The notes beneath the pieces are model-generated. The model was not told where the DNA came from. It saw only the letters and a list, made by a program, of their open reading frames with translations, and did no database searches. DNA of 64,000 nt, taken from assembly GCA_964525605.1 (NCBI GenBank), contig CAZGKT010000009.1, forward strand, positions 5,815 to 69,814. Reading direction: 5' to 3'. The translations under genes were made by a program, and so were the position numbers. Positions within the stretch are counted from its first letter, which is position 1. Every line of letters begins with the position of its first letter. This document shows, in pieces, positions 18,522 to 27,486 of the stretch. The DNA comes from an uncultured bacterium (GTDB lineage Bacteria > Oederibacteriota > Muellerivitia > Muellerivitales > Muellerivitaceae).

Positions 18522-20492
18522 TCAACCGCCCTGGCCCAGCTGGGTCAGAACCTGCAGGTTGGCGTTCTCCACCGCGATCACGCGAGAATTCACGTCAAAT
18601 CCTCTTTGCGCGATGATCATGTTGGAAAGTTCCGTGGTCAAATCGACGTTGGAATTTTCAAGGTAGCCGCCCTGAATAGACCCCATGCCGTTTTTACCCG
18701 CCAAGCCCAGTGTTTGCGCACCGGCGTTTGGCCCGGCTTGGTAATAATTGTCACCCACCTGATCCAAACCGTTTATATTCTCGACGCTGGCCATCAAGAC
18801 CTGACCCAAAGCCGTCGTCTGGCCGTTGCTGAATTGGCCTTGAATGGTTCCGGTTTCGTCGAAGGAAAGGCTTGTTAGCGTTCCATCGGCATAGCCATTC
18901 TGGCTGGTGGTGGCGTGACTGTCCGCCACGTAAGTGTTGACGCCGTTGATGACCTGATAGGAGCCTTCCGCATCGCTGAACAAGCCATCTCGCCTGGCAC
19001 CAACTATCGTTCCAGCAAGAGGAATACCGTTCGCGCCCGCTCCGGCGACATTGGCGGCGGTATACCCTGCTGTTCCGAAATTCATAGTGATGTCCATAAT
19101 TTCAGCACCGAGAGTCGGAATCGGTGAGGCGGGAGTGGCTGGGTCTGGCGGATTCAACACCTGGGCCGCCGGGAGATACACATGAGCTTGGCACTGGGTT
19201 AGAACCCCGGCCGCGTCTTGGACTCCGCCCATCGAAGCGAGTGATCCATCCGAATTGAAGTAAATCAGATCTCCAAAGTAGGTATCACCAGTTCCACGGT
19301 TATAACCATCAACATTAGCACCAACCGGTTGCCCCGATCCCTCGTAAATCCCCGTTCCACCCAATAAAGTAGCTGTGCTTACAGCAGCTCCGTTAGTTGT
19401 GTCGAAGGAATACCAGGCATAGGCCACCTGGTTCAATGGCGAGGGGTTGACCGGGGGATTCGCCTGTCCAAGGTCATTTATCTGGTAAAACAGAGTCGTG
19501 ACTGTGTGGGCCGTCCCTGTCGAATCGTAACACGTTTGGCTGGAAGTCAAAGCCGGCGTAATCGGAGGCTCCTGGTTCCAGGCAAAGTTTTCATCCGCGG
19601 CATTGGCAGGAAGCTGGATCGCGGCCAAGGTTTCTGCGTCCCCAATGACCGGGGTCGTATGGGGGCCCAAGATATTATTCGCGTCCACACCTGTCGCCAA
19701 ATCCTGAAGTTGTTGCATAACGTTTTCGTTAGCGGCACCTGGCGGGGGAGGATAGGCCAAAATCGCAGCCTTCGCCGGAGCCCCGTTAAAGGGATTCGCC
19801 AACTGTCCTATGGGTAACGTCGCCTGTCCGCCGGCCCCTAGGGTGGCAAGGACGAGAGGCTGAGCTGGCTGGAATGAATCCAGGTTCCCCACGAAATTCA
19901 ATTGCGAGGTGGCCTTAGCAGGCTCCACGAAATTTGGGTTTATCTGGATATTCGAGGCAGCCGACAGGTTGGAGTTGTTCACATTCAGATTGGCGTAGGT
20001 GACTTCCATTGGGCCGGTCCCAGCTGCACCCACCGTGTTGATTTCAGTTTGACTATATTGAACCGTAGCGGTAAAGCCTTGAATCAAGCCGCCGCTTTGG
20101 TCAACCAAATTGCCTTGGCTGTCAAAGGTCAAGTTGCCAGCGCGGGTGTAATAGCTGTTATCGCCGCTCTTGGAAACCAGGAAGCCATTTCCCTGAATGG
20201 CGATATCGGTCGAGACGCCTGTTTGTTGCAGGGCGCCTTCCGTCCAGATCGTCTGAATGGAAGCCACACGAGTACCCAACCCAACTTGTTCGGGGTTGAT
20301 GCCGCCCAGGTTGCTGCCGGTGTTGTCTCCCGTACCGGCATTAAGCGTTTGGCTGAACGCGCTCGCGAACTCAGCCCGGCTGGCTTTGTAAGCCACCGTA
20401 TTTACGTTTGAAATGTTATTTCCGATGACGTCAAGCCAAGTGCTGTTGGCCTGGAGCCCGGAAATCGCACTGTACATATCTCGCATACCCAT
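18522..20492 (-). CDS. flgE: Flagellar hook protein FlgE, long form with large central insertion
   Basis: 'MYSAISGLQANSTWLDVIGNNISNVNTVAYKASR', 'TDIAIQGNGFLV...YTRAGNLTFD', C-terminal 'LENSNVDLTTELSNMIIAQRGF'. Start 20492 chosen by SD spacing. Confidence 0.93.
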   Translation of the reverse strand: MGMRDMYSAISGLQANSTWLDVIGNNISNVNTVAYKASRAEFASAFSQTLNAGTGDNTGSNLGGINPEQVGLGTRVASIQTIWTEGALQQTGVSTDIAIQGNGFLVSKSGDNSYYTRAGNLTFDSQGNLVDQSGGLIQGFTATVQYSQTEINTVGAAGTGPMEVTYANLNVNNSNLSAASNIQINPNFVEPAKATSQLNFVGNLDSFQPAQPLVLATLGAGGQATLPIGQLANPFNGAPAKAAILAYPPPPGAANENVMQQLQDLATGVDANNILGPHTTPVIGDAETLAAIQLPANAADENFAWNQEPPITPALTSSQTCYDSTGTAHTVTTLFYQINDLGQANPPVNPSPLNQVAYAWYSFDTTNGAAVSTATLLGGTGIYEGSGQPVGANVDGYNRGTGDTYFGDLIYFNSDGSLASMGGVQDAAGVLTQCQAHVYLPAAQVLNPPDPATPASPIPTLGAEIMDITMNFGTAGYTAANVAGAGANGIPLAGTIVGARRDGLFSDAEGSYQVINGVNTYVADSHATTSQNGYADGTLTSLSFDETGTIQGQFSNGQTTALGQVLMASVENINGLDQVGDNYYQAGPNAGAQTLGLAGKNGMGSIQGGYLENSNVDLTTELSNMIIAQRGFDVNSRVIAVENANLQVLTQLGQGG

Positions 20493-20537
20493 GGTCATTC
20501 TCCTTAAGAGTTGGCGGATATTAAACCCGCCTGATTC

Positions 20538-20564
20538 CGGGCTTCCTCTAGGAGGTCCAGCCCG
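20538..20564 (-). promoter_or_regulatory. Structured RNA motif in flgE 5' leader (GGA/A internal-loop hairpin, copy 1)
   Basis: CGGGCT-GGA-CCTC-CTA-GAGG-A-AGCCCG; same architecture as 32434-32459. A second hairpin follows at 20513-20531. Confidence 0.6.
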
Positions 20565-20584
20565 TTACTGCTATTGCCTAAAAC

Positions 20585-20995
20585 TTAAACAATTACCGCG
20601 CTATCGATGTTGGTGAAGACGTTCTCTTTCATGCTTCCACCATCCATCGCGGTAATCACAGTGCGGTTCGGCACACTCACGATAAAAGCCTGGTGTTCCA
20701 TCACCAGCAGGGACTGACGCGCCCCCTTCGAAGCCGCCTTATCAACTGCGGCATTCATGCGGGCCATGTCGTCCTGCGAAAGGTTGATATTGCGCAAAGC
20801 CAGCCTTTCCTTGGCGTGGGCCGAAAACTTCAACGATTGGGTTTTATCGACCGCCGTTTGAAATACGGCGTCAAAGGGCTGGACGGCTGCCGCAGCCTTG
20901 CTAGCCTGCTGCTGGATCTGCTGCAACTGGCCTTTGCTTTGGACGTCATCCACCGGTTTGAAAGCCAAGTCATTAAAGTTAACTTGCTGAACCAC
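20585..20995 (-). CDS. Flagellar operon protein, TIGR02530 family
   Basis: 'LKFSAHAKERLALRNINL', 'KGARQSLLVM...AFIVSVPNRTVITAMD...ENVFTNIDSAVIV'; located between flgD and flgE. Confidence 0.88.
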   Translation of the reverse strand: MVQQVNFNDLAFKPVDDVQSKGQLQQIQQQASKAAAAVQPFDAVFQTAVDKTQSLKFSAHAKERLALRNINLSQDDMARMNAAVDKAASKGARQSLLVMEHQAFIVSVPNRTVITAMDGGSMKENVFTNIDSAVIV

Positions 20996-21056
20996 TTGTC
21001 CTCACCCGCCCTTCATGGGCCCGAATCAACAGGGCCAAAATAAAACGAACTAAATC

Positions 21057-21485
21057 TTACGAACCGGTAGTAGAAGTAACAGTGCCAACGTTTTGAATAT
21101 CCGACAAAGGATAGTTCTGCCCGTTGACCTGAACCGCCGGAGTATTCGAGTAATAAACAATCCCGCTCACCGTTCCTTGAACCATGTTTCCCTGGGAATC
21201 AAGCAACGTTACGTTTTGGCCAATCAAACTTGTCGCCGAATTATCCAAAACGTTATTCATGGAAGTGTTCATCGCCGTCATTTGTTCCAACGATGAGAAT
21301 GAAGCCAACTGGGACACAAACTGACTGCTGTCCTGAGGATTCATTGGATCTTGATTTTGCAGCTGTGTGATCAGAAGAGTTAAAAACGTGTTTTCTGACA
21401 CGAACTGGCTGCTCATACCCGACAAAGCGCTTGATAAAGCGCTACTTCCGTTGGTGCCTGAGGTACCACTTACACCTGAAACCAT
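21057..21485 (-). CDS. flgD: Flagellar hook capping protein FlgD (short form)
   Basis: 'FLTLLITQLQNQDPMNPQDSSQFVSQLASFSSLEQM'. Start ATG 21485 after SD. Confidence 0.92.
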   Translation of the reverse strand: MVSGVSGTSGTNGSSALSSALSGMSSQFVSENTFLTLLITQLQNQDPMNPQDSSQFVSQLASFSSLEQMTAMNTSMNNVLDNSATSLIGQNVTLLDSQGNMVQGTVSGIVYYSNTPAVQVNGQNYPLSDIQNVGTVTSTTGS

Positions 21486-21513
21486 GTAAATCACCCCCTC
21501 TTTCTTATAATTT

Positions 21514-21540
21514 CTAACGGCATTATGCCGAAAAACTTGA
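21514..21540 (-). promoter_or_regulatory. sigma28 (FliA)-type promoter upstream of flgD
   Basis: TCAAGTTT-N11-GCCGTTAG versus consensus TAAAGTTT-N11-GCCGATAA; near-identical site upstream of flgM. Confidence 0.6.
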
Positions 21541-21562
21541 GCTTTTGCCTGCTAAAAACGTA

Positions 21563-24529
21563 TCAAGCCAGCAGGTTTACCAGGGATTTCCGAACTGAAA
21601 GAGGCCCTGAAACTGCCTCGTTTTCACCCAAATTTCCCATTTCGGTTGATCCAAAAGTTGGCAAACTGGAGCCATAACCTTCCTGCTGAAATTGATAATA
21701 CTGGGACAAAAGGCTGGCTCCCCCACCCTGAACTTGAACCTGTAGCTGGTCAATTTGAAGCCCAGCTTGATTCAGGGAAGTCTTGAGATCGACCAAATGT
21801 TGTTGGAGGGCGTCTTTAACGTCAGGGTTTGTCACCAGAATTCTCGCTGAAACCGATTGATCGACCAGGGAAACCTGAATGGTCATCCGACCCAGGTTTT
21901 CTGGCACCAGTTGGAAATTGATCGTGGATACGCTTTTTAATTCCCCTGACTTAGTCGAAACTTGATTGGAAATCTGACTGATCAGATCCTGGGCATTGAC
22001 GGGAATCTGATTCCCGGCAGGATTCACTGCTTGTACTTCCCCATTTTTACCAAGGGTATAAAACACGCCTGATGCAGAAGGATTCGTAGGGTTTTGGGTA
22101 GACAGCTGATCGGCAAAAGAATTTTTGTCCTGAAGCGAGACGGATTGTACCTTTTCGGTTTCTCCCAATGTAGAAACGGCTGTTACCGCCTGAGGAGTGA
22201 TCGACGGAACCGTTTCAGAGGGCTGAACCGGATTAGCAACTAATGGAGTTTGTGTGGGGTTCGACTGGTTTTGGGCCATGCCTTCGTTAAAAACATTCAC
22301 GGCCGCGACAGAACCCGCGAGGTTTTGAGCCAAAGAAACCGGGGGAGTTGAAATCCCGGGATTCGCGGCTTGATTCAACGTGTTTTGGCTTTGAGCCACG
22401 GCGTTTGCCTGGACAACTTGAGCCAAATTAGCCTGCGAAATAATTTGCTGGGAAGGCGTCACCACTTGTGTGCCGGGAAGAGCTGCCGTACCCGAAGGAG
22501 TTGTAGGAGTGGAAGGATTGATACCAACAGAGGGTGTGATTGTATTGGTCGTCGGGGTAAAGGGGGTCGAAACCTGGTTGTTGTTTACAGGCAAAGTTGT
22601 GAAATTAAACCCAGTTGGGTTAAGCGAAGTGTTTTGTGTATTAATGTTTGTTTGTGTCTGCACGGGAACCGAAGTACTGGAAGCTTGGGACTGACTCTGC
22701 ACCTGCGTTGAGGCACCTTGGTTTTCCGATTGAGATTGGGATAACAAAGTTTGATCTTGGGTTTCTCCCTGGCTTAGTACGTTGACCGAAGCATGGGGCG
22801 GAAGCGTAGGTTGAAGTTGCACCGTACCGGGGGTCAAGATGTTATTCACCGTTTCCTGCTGATCCCCATCGGGAAGCTGGGATAAAGCTACCGGCGATGC
22901 CTGGGGGCCAACCGAAGCACCCACTTGAGCCGTAATCGCGCTGGGAGAATTGGCGACCGCGATTTGGGCGGGACCTTGAGGGGTTGTAACAGCCTGGGTC
23001 GAGGTAGGTTGACCAATAAAGGCCGTAAACCGAAGGATCAAATCGTTAATCTTGTTGAAATTAACTGATGACCAGAAAGATTTAGCATTTCCGGAAGAAA
23101 CGGGATTCGCTGTGGCTTGGCCTTGGTCGGCGGGTAAATTGGAAACGGACAGGGGTAAGGAATTTTGCGCAACAATATTGACAGGCAAGGGATTGGGATT
23201 AATGGTTGGATTTCCAGAGTTTTCCGTTGGTTGAATAGGCTGAACAGCAACAGATTGAGAGGATGTATTTAGGTTTGCGCCCAGTAGCGCAAAAGGATTT
23301 CCATTAACGGCGGCAGGTGCTTGAAGGTTTGGATTATTCGCGGTGGTTCCCTGCTGGATGATAGCAGACTGAAGCATCACGGGCCCGGCACCGGCCTGAA
23401 GCAATACTTTAAAAAGGGATTGAAGATTCTGGGTACTCGTTGCGTCTTGCGACCCTTGGTTGGCTGCAGCGGGATTTACAATGGTTACCGGAAGGTTAGC
23501 GCCTGGTTGGGCCCCCAACTGGGACAAAGCATTCAGAATCGAATTTACTTTGTCCTGGGGAATCGGCTGAAAATTAGCCGAACTATTCAGGACAGGCTGG
23601 TTTGGAACAACCGCACTCGCAATGCCAGTTCCGGCGCCATTCAAAGTGGGTGCATTTTGGTCTTCAAACGTTTGAGTGAATACACTTAATTGTGCGCTTT
23701 GGACATTGACGAACAAATTGGAATTTTGATTTCCAGCGGTCTGAGTTTGGGTGATTTGGGCGTCCGTGAACATAAAACGCAATGTAACGTTGGATAGGGC
23801 GTTGGATTGGGAAGTCCCCTGTACCGTTTGAGAAGCCGCCCCCGACTGGTTGTCCGTTTGAATGGCAGTTGGTGGAGCAAGAGCAAAAGCCACCTGCTGG
23901 TTTTGAAGCATTTGCTGTAACATCTGCCCCATCAGTTGATTTTGGTTTTGTTTGTTCAGGTCAAGTGGGTTTTGACCCTGGGGCAGGTTTTGCACGAAAG
24001 ACAAAACCGCAGAAACCAACTGGGCCGCTTCCGCAGAGGTGATTTGGCCGCCCGAATTGGCGACCAATTGAGCCTGGATTTGGCTCGAATTTTCGCCGGT
24101 TAATTGCTGGGCCTGGGAAAGAAGATTCGCCAGGCCAGAGGCCATGGCAAAAAAAGTTTTTTCAATCGAAGCCACATCCTGTGGTTTGACTCCCTGAAGC
24201 TGTTCACTCACCAGCAAGGTGTCCCGGGAAGCTTCACTAGTACCCGCAGAGGCCGTCGAAAGAGCGGGGGTCTGGTTACTTGTTCCGGACTGCGTAACGA
24301 TAGCAGGTTCAATAATCGGGATCGGCGAGGAATCATTGGTGGAAACTGGGGCCGGGTTGTTGTTATTTCCGTTTTGCTGCTGATCAGACATCTTAGCAAT
24401 CACCTGCCCAAAAGAATTACCGTTCGGATCTGTGACCTTGCTCGCTGGTGTACTTGTGGCTGTGGGATTTAACCCATTCTCCGCGGATTTGGCGGAAAGG
24501 CTGTCCAATAGTTCGCTGATATTTTTCAC
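21563..24529 (-). CDS. fliK: Flagellar hook-length control protein FliK (988 aa)
   Basis: Long Q/N/S/T/P-rich low-complexity body; C-terminal T3S4 domain 'FQLVPENLGRMTIQVSL...ARILVTNPDVKDALQQHLVDLKTSLNQAGLQIDQLQV'; directly upstream of flgD. Confidence 0.88.
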   Translation of the reverse strand: MKNISELLDSLSAKSAENGLNPTATSTPASKVTDPNGNSFGQVIAKMSDQQQNGNNNNPAPVSTNDSSPIPIIEPAIVTQSGTSNQTPALSTASAGTSEASRDTLLVSEQLQGVKPQDVASIEKTFFAMASGLANLLSQAQQLTGENSSQIQAQLVANSGGQITSAEAAQLVSAVLSFVQNLPQGQNPLDLNKQNQNQLMGQMLQQMLQNQQVAFALAPPTAIQTDNQSGAASQTVQGTSQSNALSNVTLRFMFTDAQITQTQTAGNQNSNLFVNVQSAQLSVFTQTFEDQNAPTLNGAGTGIASAVVPNQPVLNSSANFQPIPQDKVNSILNALSQLGAQPGANLPVTIVNPAAANQGSQDATSTQNLQSLFKVLLQAGAGPVMLQSAIIQQGTTANNPNLQAPAAVNGNPFALLGANLNTSSQSVAVQPIQPTENSGNPTINPNPLPVNIVAQNSLPLSVSNLPADQGQATANPVSSGNAKSFWSSVNFNKINDLILRFTAFIGQPTSTQAVTTPQGPAQIAVANSPSAITAQVGASVGPQASPVALSQLPDGDQQETVNNILTPGTVQLQPTLPPHASVNVLSQGETQDQTLLSQSQSENQGASTQVQSQSQASSTSVPVQTQTNINTQNTSLNPTGFNFTTLPVNNNQVSTPFTPTTNTITPSVGINPSTPTTPSGTAALPGTQVVTPSQQIISQANLAQVVQANAVAQSQNTLNQAANPGISTPPVSLAQNLAGSVAAVNVFNEGMAQNQSNPTQTPLVANPVQPSETVPSITPQAVTAVSTLGETEKVQSVSLQDKNSFADQLSTQNPTNPSASGVFYTLGKNGEVQAVNPAGNQIPVNAQDLISQISNQVSTKSGELKSVSTINFQLVPENLGRMTIQVSLVDQSVSARILVTNPDVKDALQQHLVDLKTSLNQAGLQIDQLQVQVQGGGASLLSQYYQFQQEGYGSSLPTFGSTEMGNLGENEAVSGPLSVRKSLVNLLA

Positions 24530-24555
24530 AGTGAGTTCCTCTATTAGTTCTTAGG

Positions 24556-26982
24556 CTAACTTACAAATGTGCTACTGCTAGTGCTGGTGTTGGTACCGCC
24601 CACCACATTGATGAGATCCGCGTACATGTTGTCAATAACCTGCATAACTTCCACGAGGGCGTTATAGGTGGCTGCGGCCTGCGTGGCCTGCTGTTGGATG
24701 CTCGCGATTGGAACACCGGATGTGGAGGAGGTAGGAATGCCAGTAGAGGAGGATGACGAAGAAGAAGTTCCCGTGTTGATTCCTGCGATGTTGGCCTGTG
24801 CGGTATTCAATTGGTTCAGGGAATCTTGGTCCTGACTGGTTAAAAGCTGTTGGTTGCTCAGATCATTTGTAATTTGACCCAACATAGAAGTGGAGAGTTC
24901 GCCCAAAGTATCATCTTCGTTATTAAGCCCCACCACGGACGTGAAATTACCTGAAATGTCATTGATTTGCATAGGCTGGTCTGAGTTCAGAGCGTAGACC
25001 TGCGCCTGATTCCCTCCAAAGAAGGTTTGAAAATGCTTGGTCATATCAGAATAAGCCTGGGCGGTCACGCCATTAACTTGCGCGTCAATGTTCGCGTTGA
25101 CGTCAAGAATTGCCTGAGTGTCGTTCCAATTAACGGTTGTCCCATTTAATGAAAAGGTTCCGTTGGAAGAGGGGGTCACCACGAAGGCGGAGGCGTTGGG
25201 CCCAAAACCCGACAAATAAGGGGATGCTGGGGGAGGAGGTATTGTGAATTCGGGTAGAATCGAATCCATGGCCCCAACCGGGTTCGTGCCGACGGCTACC
25301 GTGGCCACTTTGTACTGAAGAGGAGTAAAACTATTGTTTAGCGTCGAGGTCCCGATCATGTAATTGGAGACCTTAGCCCAACCGGCCCCAACACCATTTT
25401 GATCGGCAAACATGGGTATTCCAGCCGTTCCGGTTAGGTTGATAATGTTCACAGGGCCAGAAGAAAAAATGAAAAATTGCTGGGTCGAGGCGTTGAAGAC
25501 CGCTGTCACGCCCGAAACGTTGTCGTTGATTCTTTGTACGAGGCTAGAGGCGCTATCGGTCGCCCCGTTATAATTGATCGTCACCCCGTCCACTGAAAAC
25601 GAGCCCGTGCCAATTCCACCCGGATACAAGGTATTTAAATCTGCAAAGGGGTTGGTGAGCCATGTGAGGGGTTTGTCGCTTGCCGCGAAGTTTTGAGCTA
25701 TTAGGCCTGTTAGCCCGGGATAAATATTGCTACCCACACCCGTGGGTCCCCCACCCAACATTTCAGCGATCTGGGTATCCCCTGTCGCAGGAGCTCCCGG
25801 ATATGGAAACCCAGGCGCGCCATTATTGAAGGCTACGCTAGATTCAGCTACCAGCCCAGGGTTGGAACTCAGAACCCCGTTAACTACGATGTTGGAAGCT
25901 CCGGTTCCCTCAAAGAACAAGGTCCCCGTCGTTCTGCCATCAGAGGCAAAACCTGCGGACTCAAGGGTGTTGGTGATATTCATGACCGAAGTTGCGGCCT
26001 GGTTCACCTGTTGCTTGTAATTTTCAAGGATGACATTTCGAGCATCAAGTTCCCCGCCGAGATTTCCGCCCGTGATGAGGTAAGTTAAATCCACTGTTGA
26101 AGAGGGAGTCGGGGGCGCCGCATTTTGATCTCCTCCTGACTGCATTGAATTCGGGTTAGCGGGAGGGATTAGGGTGATATCGGCTAGTGCTGGATTGTTG
26201 GGATCAGGAAGATCAGCTTCGAGTTGCCCAGCGCCTCCGGAGCTAACCAGTGAAATGCCGTTTAGAAAAAGACTCGCCGTCCCGTTATTGCCGAATGTCA
26301 CCTGGAAATTCATAAGGCGGGAAAGTCTATCAAGAGCGTAATCCCTCGCGTCCAATAGGCTGTTGGGGTTGGAACCTTGGGAAGTATTGAGTTGACCATT
26401 GATATCGTTCAACTGCCCAAGTAGTTGGTTGATCTGAGTTACTGTGTTTTGGATGTTGCTGTTATAGGCGACCTGTAGATTTTGCAATTGGCTGTACTGA
26501 CCGTTGGCCGTTTGGGCAAAAACGGTTCCCGCACTCACAACGGCGGACTGGCTACCTGTGCCATTGGCCAAGTTTAGCCATGCGGATTGAAACTGGGTCA
26601 GGGCGAAATTAATGGTGTTAGTGCTACTGCTGTTAAGGATGGTGTTGACTTGGTTCAACACGCCGGTTCCTGACGTATTGGCCAAAATTTCGTTGTAGCC
26701 CACGGTTGTACTTGCCTGTCTTATCTGGCTATCAAGAAACGAATTTCGCAGTCGAGTAATGGAGTCCGCAGTCACGCCCGTCCCCACGGTCATCAGGCCA
26801 TTTGCCCCGTTAAAGGAAATACCGGGCGATGTTCCCGTGTTGATGGTTTCCAGGCTGTTCATCAAATAGCCCTGCGCATCCAGTGACGGTTGGGCCAAGT
26901 TGGAGGCGTTGATGTCTTGCTGCAGTTCTTGAAGAATCAGCCCGCTGTTGATGGTGCTAAGGCTTTGGAAGCCGCTAATCAT
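24556..26982 (-). CDS. flgK: Hook-associated protein FlgK, divergent (808 aa)
   Basis: 'VGTGVTADSITRLRNSFLDSQIR', 'QINQLLGQLNDIN..LLDARDYALDRLSRL', 'GGNLGGELDAR'; follows flgM-flgN. Terminal motifs are degenerate. Confidence 0.75.
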   Translation of the reverse strand: MISGFQSLSTINSGLILQELQQDINASNLAQPSLDAQGYLMNSLETINTGTSPGISFNGANGLMTVGTGVTADSITRLRNSFLDSQIRQASTTVGYNEILANTSGTGVLNQVNTILNSSSTNTINFALTQFQSAWLNLANGTGSQSAVVSAGTVFAQTANGQYSQLQNLQVAYNSNIQNTVTQINQLLGQLNDINGQLNTSQGSNPNSLLDARDYALDRLSRLMNFQVTFGNNGTASLFLNGISLVSSGGAGQLEADLPDPNNPALADITLIPPANPNSMQSGGDQNAAPPTPSSTVDLTYLITGGNLGGELDARNVILENYKQQVNQAATSVMNITNTLESAGFASDGRTTGTLFFEGTGASNIVVNGVLSSNPGLVAESSVAFNNGAPGFPYPGAPATGDTQIAEMLGGGPTGVGSNIYPGLTGLIAQNFAASDKPLTWLTNPFADLNTLYPGGIGTGSFSVDGVTINYNGATDSASSLVQRINDNVSGVTAVFNASTQQFFIFSSGPVNIINLTGTAGIPMFADQNGVGAGWAKVSNYMIGTSTLNNSFTPLQYKVATVAVGTNPVGAMDSILPEFTIPPPPASPYLSGFGPNASAFVVTPSSNGTFSLNGTTVNWNDTQAILDVNANIDAQVNGVTAQAYSDMTKHFQTFFGGNQAQVYALNSDQPMQINDISGNFTSVVGLNNEDDTLGELSTSMLGQITNDLSNQQLLTSQDQDSLNQLNTAQANIAGINTGTSSSSSSSTGIPTSSTSGVPIASIQQQATQAAATYNALVEVMQVIDNMYADLINVVGGTNTSTSSSTFVS

Positions 26983-26991
26983 AAATGTCTC

Positions 26992-27486
26992 CTAAACCAC
27001 GCTATTGAAGAAAGACGATTCGACTTGATCATTTTTCTTGGGGTAAGTGGACGAACTTTTGACACGGCCTTTTCCCCTCAAAGCTTGAAGGGTGACATCA
27101 GCAAGAGAGAGCGCGTTATGGGCAAGCTTCTCATTGCCCTGATTGATTGCTTCCAATTCGCGGGCCGAACGGACGAGTTCAACCACCGCTGATTTGAGTT
27201 CTTCTGCGATTTCCATGGGCGCTTTTTGCAGAATCTGAGTTAAGGTCGCATTGGGAAGTCGGAATGATTTTCCCAGGGCCGCTATAAGATTGTTTCGATC
27301 ACCCAGCAGAGGTGATAAAGCGAAAACTTCTTTTTCTTGTCTTTTTAAATTCTCAGCCACTTTTTCCACTTCACCGGAAATCAGAAACTGTTTCTGCGCC
27401 AAAGCAAAGGATGCCAACCGTTCATAGCACCCTTTTTCTTTTTTCAACTCTTCAATAAGTTTTTGATACAACTCCATCACGCTCAC
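26992..27486 (-). CDS. flgN: Flagellar export chaperone FlgN
   Basis: Helical 164-aa protein between flgM and flgK, 'LEAINQGNEKLAHNALSLAD'; GTG start overlaps the flgM TGA. Confidence 0.75.
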   Translation of the reverse strand: MSVMELYQKLIEELKKEKGCYERLASFALAQKQFLISGEVEKVAENLKRQEKEVFALSPLLGDRNNLIAALGKSFRLPNATLTQILQKAPMEIAEELKSAVVELVRSARELEAINQGNEKLAHNALSLADVTLQALRGKGRVKSSSTYPKKNDQVESSFFNSVV

